Origin: Candidatus Eiseniibacteriota bacterium | Lineage (GTDB): Bacteria > Eisenbacteria > RBG-16-71-46 | Reading direction: 5' to 3' | Length of the DNA stretch: 64,000 nt | NCBI GenBank assembly: GCA_963717935.1 | Contig: CAVQXP010000004.1 | Coordinates: forward strand, 512,001-576,000 | In this document: positions 61,410 to 64,000 of the stretch, in pieces | Layout of the letters: each line of letters starts with the position of its first letter | How positions within the stretch are numbered: the stretch's first letter is position 1 | Notes under the pieces: model-generated | Seen by the model: the letters and a program-made list of their open reading frames with translations, nothing else | What the model was told of the DNA's origin: nothing | The model's database searches: none | Position numbers and translations under genes: made by a program

Positions 61410-63476
61410 TCAGGGGCGCGGCGAAGAGGGTGGACGCTCCGGCCCGGCCAGCCCGAGACGGCCCACCACGCCCTCGGCGACGAGCAGCAACAGTGCCAGT
61501 CCCACGAACCACGTCCACAACTCGCGGCCGTAGCGCGCCTCGCGCACGCGTCGCGCCAGGCCCGCGCCCGGGTGGATGACCTGCGCGCGGCCCGCGGGGA
61601 ACGCGCGCAACAGCGTCGCCTCGGGCATGGCCGCCAGGTCCGATTCGCGCGGGTCCGGGTTCACGGCGAAGGTGCTGCGCACGGTCGCGCCCTGGATCAC
61701 GCGGTAGAGGCCGGGCCGTTCGATCGGTGCCGAGACCAGACGCGTCGCGCCCGCCGCGGCCACCAGTTCGGCCGGCACGTCGCGCCCCCGCTCGTCCTCG
61801 ATGCGCCAGAGACCGGTCGCCGCTGGCGCGCTGTAGCGCTCGCCCGGTGTCAGCGACGCGGCCGCCGTGCCGCGGCCCAGCACCTTGACCGTCTGGTGCA
61901 GGAGCGGCAAGAACGCGCCGCTCACGGGGAAATCGGAGGCCTGCGGGTCGAGCCCCGCCGCGAAGGCCAGCGCGCGCGCGCCCTCGACCAGTGCCGGGTG
62001 CGTGCGGTCGAACTCGAGCAGCGTGCGTGCGCGCGGGCCCGCGGCGAACGCGCGGATGGCGCGGAAGCGCGCGGTGGTGAGGGGCTCCCCGGGCCGCGCG
62101 GGGAAGCCCGCGAACGCGGCGTGTCCCGCGAGCGAGCGCACCAGCCGCCAGGCGGCCCCGGGTGCGGCCTGCTCGGCGCCGCCGAGCGTGCCCAGGCCCG
62201 CCTCGCGCAAGAGCGAGCCGTTCCAGAAGGGCGCATCGGCGCGGGCGCCGAGCACGACGAGCACGCCACCGCCCGAGCGCTGGAAGTCGAGCACGGCCTG
62301 AGTCTCCAGCGTGCCGAGCCGCTCGAGATCGTTCAGGACCAGCACGTCCGCGCCCGCGAGCCGCGCGGGCAGTCCCGCCGCGGTCACGGTCTCGACCGCG
62401 AGACCCGAGGCCGGGGCCCCCGCCTCGAGCGCGAGCCGCAGCGCGGAGGGCGGGCCGTCCTCGCGCAGCACGACGCGCAGCGTGCCCGAACGGCCGGCCG
62501 CGAACACGCGGCGGTCGTCGAGGGGCAGTGGATCCTCCGGGATCGTGACCACGCCGCCCTCGTCGGGGATGCGCGCGAGCGGCAGGAGCGTAGAGGTGGC
62601 GCCGCGCACGGGCAGGTCGAGGAAGCCGCGTGCCAGCTCCGTGCGGGTCTGCGCATCGTGCGCCTCGACGGCGAGATCGCCGGGGCGCGCTCCGTACGAC
62701 GAGGCCGAGACGGTGAGCGCGAGGCCGCTCTCCGTGGGTGCGAGCGCCGCGTCGGTGAGGGCCACGTTGGCGCGGCTGCGCGGGGCGAGCGGGACGAGGT
62801 AGACGCGGGTCTGCGCCCAGGGCCCGCCGGGTGCCGCGCCGAACGAGTTCGAGGGGAAGCCCGCAGCCTGGAAGTCCGAGACCCAGAACAGCTCGCGGTT
62901 CAGGGCGTGCGTCCCGGCCAGTGCACGGGCGGCGAATTCGAGCGCCGCGCGGTGGTCCGTCGTCATCGCGCCCGCGTCCAGCGCCTGCGCGGCCGCACGC
63001 AGCCGCCCCACGTCGCTGCTCGGCCGCTCGCTCCCGGGATGGGGGGTGCGGTCGTAGGGGACGAGAAGCAGTTCGTCGGACGGTCCGAGCGTCGTGAGCA
63101 GGTCCTCGACCACCCGGCGCGCCTGCGCCGCCAGGGTCCCGCCGCCCACGGGGGTGGCCGGCGTCGCGGCCCCCATGCTGGCGCTGACGTCCACGAGCGC
63201 GATCACGGTGGTCGCGGCGCCGGAGCGGGCCCCGGTGCTCCGCACGGCCGGCCGTGCCAGGGCCAGTGCGATCGCGGCCACCGCCAGCGTGCGCAACAGG
63301 AGCAGCAACCACTGCTTCAGGCGCAGGCGACGGATCTCGCTCTGGTTGACCTCGGCGAGGAACTCGAGCGAAGGGAACGGCCGCTCGCGCGGGCGCCGCC
63401 GCGTGAACAGGTGGATGACGACCGGGATGGCCGCGGCGAGCAGGCCGAAGAGGAAGAGCGGGTTGAGGAAGCTCAT
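61410..63476 (-). CDS. BatA (aerotolerance N-terminal) + vWA domain membrane protein
   Basis: MSFLNP..PVVIHL..FPSL.FL..LLLLLR..LARP, MIDAS DVSAS, SDFQ, C-terminal AVN..ESDL..ELW TM. Confidence 0.88.
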   Translation of the reverse strand: MSFLNPLFLFGLLAAAIPVVIHLFTRRRPRERPFPSLEFLAEVNQSEIRRLRLKQWLLLLLRTLAVAAIALALARPAVRSTGARSGAATTVIALVDVSASMGAATPATPVGGGTLAAQARRVVEDLLTTLGPSDELLLVPYDRTPHPGSERPSSDVGRLRAAAQALDAGAMTTDHRAALEFAARALAGTHALNRELFWVSDFQAAGFPSNSFGAAPGGPWAQTRVYLVPLAPRSRANVALTDAALAPTESGLALTVSASSYGARPGDLAVEAHDAQTRTELARGFLDLPVRGATSTLLPLARIPDEGGVVTIPEDPLPLDDRRVFAAGRSGTLRVVLREDGPPSALRLALEAGAPASGLAVETVTAAGLPARLAGADVLVLNDLERLGTLETQAVLDFQRSGGGVLVVLGARADAPFWNGSLLREAGLGTLGGAEQAAPGAAWRLVRSLAGHAAFAGFPARPGEPLTTARFRAIRAFAAGPRARTLLEFDRTHPALVEGARALAFAAGLDPQASDFPVSGAFLPLLHQTVKVLGRGTAAASLTPGERYSAPAATGLWRIEDERGRDVPAELVAAAGATRLVSAPIERPGLYRVIQGATVRSTFAVNPDPRESDLAAMPEATLLRAFPAGRAQVIHPGAGLARRVREARYGRELWTWFVGLALLLLVAEGVVGRLGLAGPERPPSSPRP

Positions 63477-64000
63477 CGCTCCACCTCGCGCCACGCGGAA
63501 TCCGCCGCTTCCCACACCTCGATCCGGGTGACCGGGTGGATCTCCCAGCCGGTGAGGCGCGCCCCCCGCCGGAGCGCCTCGGGGTCGTGGCGCACGTCGT
63601 ACTGGTGATCGTAGAGGAGCCAGCCGCTCACGCGGGCGCGGCGTGGTCCCGTCTCCCACGGGGTCGCTCCGCCCTGGTTCGGGCGCAGGGTCGCGACCAG
63701 GTTCTCGTACGACCAGCGGTCGGACCCGCGGCCCCACTGCGGGGTCAGCTCGGCCGTGACGTACGCGGTGTCCGGCCCGCCGGGGGGGCGCCGTGTGGCG
63801 GCCAGCTCGAAGTGGATGTCGCCGTCCTTCGAGGTGAGCAGGTGCTGGACATAGCCATCGAAGGAGACGCCGCGCTCTTCGAGGCGCGCGTATTCGGCGA
63901 GTGGCCGTCCGCGCGGCAGCGACTCGAAGTCGGCGGCCGTGAACGGCGCCAGGCGGTCGGGCGCGTCCGCGCGGTCCTTAAGGGCGCGCAGGTGCCGCAT
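63473..64000 (-). CDS. hypothetical protein, 5'-truncated by the window edge
   Basis: DGDIH..TAELTP..RVSGWLLYD..WEIHPV motif pattern. Stop overlaps the batA start (ATGA). Confidence 0.65.
   Translation of the reverse strand: MRHLRALKDRADAPDRLAPFTAADFESLPRGRPLAEYARLEERGVSFDGYVQHLLTSKDGDIHFELAATRRPPGGPDTAYVTAELTPQWGRGSDRWSYENLVATLRPNQGGATPWETGPRRARVSGWLLYDHQYDVRHDPEALRRGARLTGWEIHPVTRIEVWEAADSAWREVER

Overview
A very GC-rich (well above 70% by inspection) bacterial chromosome segment spanning the replication origin of a diderm organism. The gene complement and style suggest an FCB/PVC-adjacent candidate phylum such as Ca. Eisenbacteria; this is inference and was not verified. Core content: dnaA-dnaN-dciA(DUF721)-gyrB-gyrA with a bipartite oriC (DnaA boxes on both sides of dnaA and a DnaA-trio unwinding element), holB...ricT-metG-tatD-rsmA, and mfd-PPIase-surA-ftsEX-envC. 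There are also many envelope genes (two OmpA/TSP3 proteins, AsmA, several beta-barrels) and two two-component systems. More than 30 single-base frameshifts, including in essential genes, point to uncorrected long-read indel errors, so several long ORFs in the supplied track are artefactual fusions. Best candidates for new biology: (1) a ~6 kb island between holB and ricT encoding a Fur/Zur-family repressor, an NTPase, a complete ECF transporter and a divergent TonB-dependent receptor, where one palindrome supplies the -35 elements of both divergent promoters; (2) a window-wide leaderless-mRNA signature; (3) a LexA/CI-like repressor lacking both autocleavage residues, with a DnaA box inside its putative operator; (4) a 145-bp MITE-like element fused to a 27-bp tandem array; (5) several intact but catalytically degenerate enzymes. 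No rRNA, tRNA, CRISPR array, integrase or transposase was recognised.
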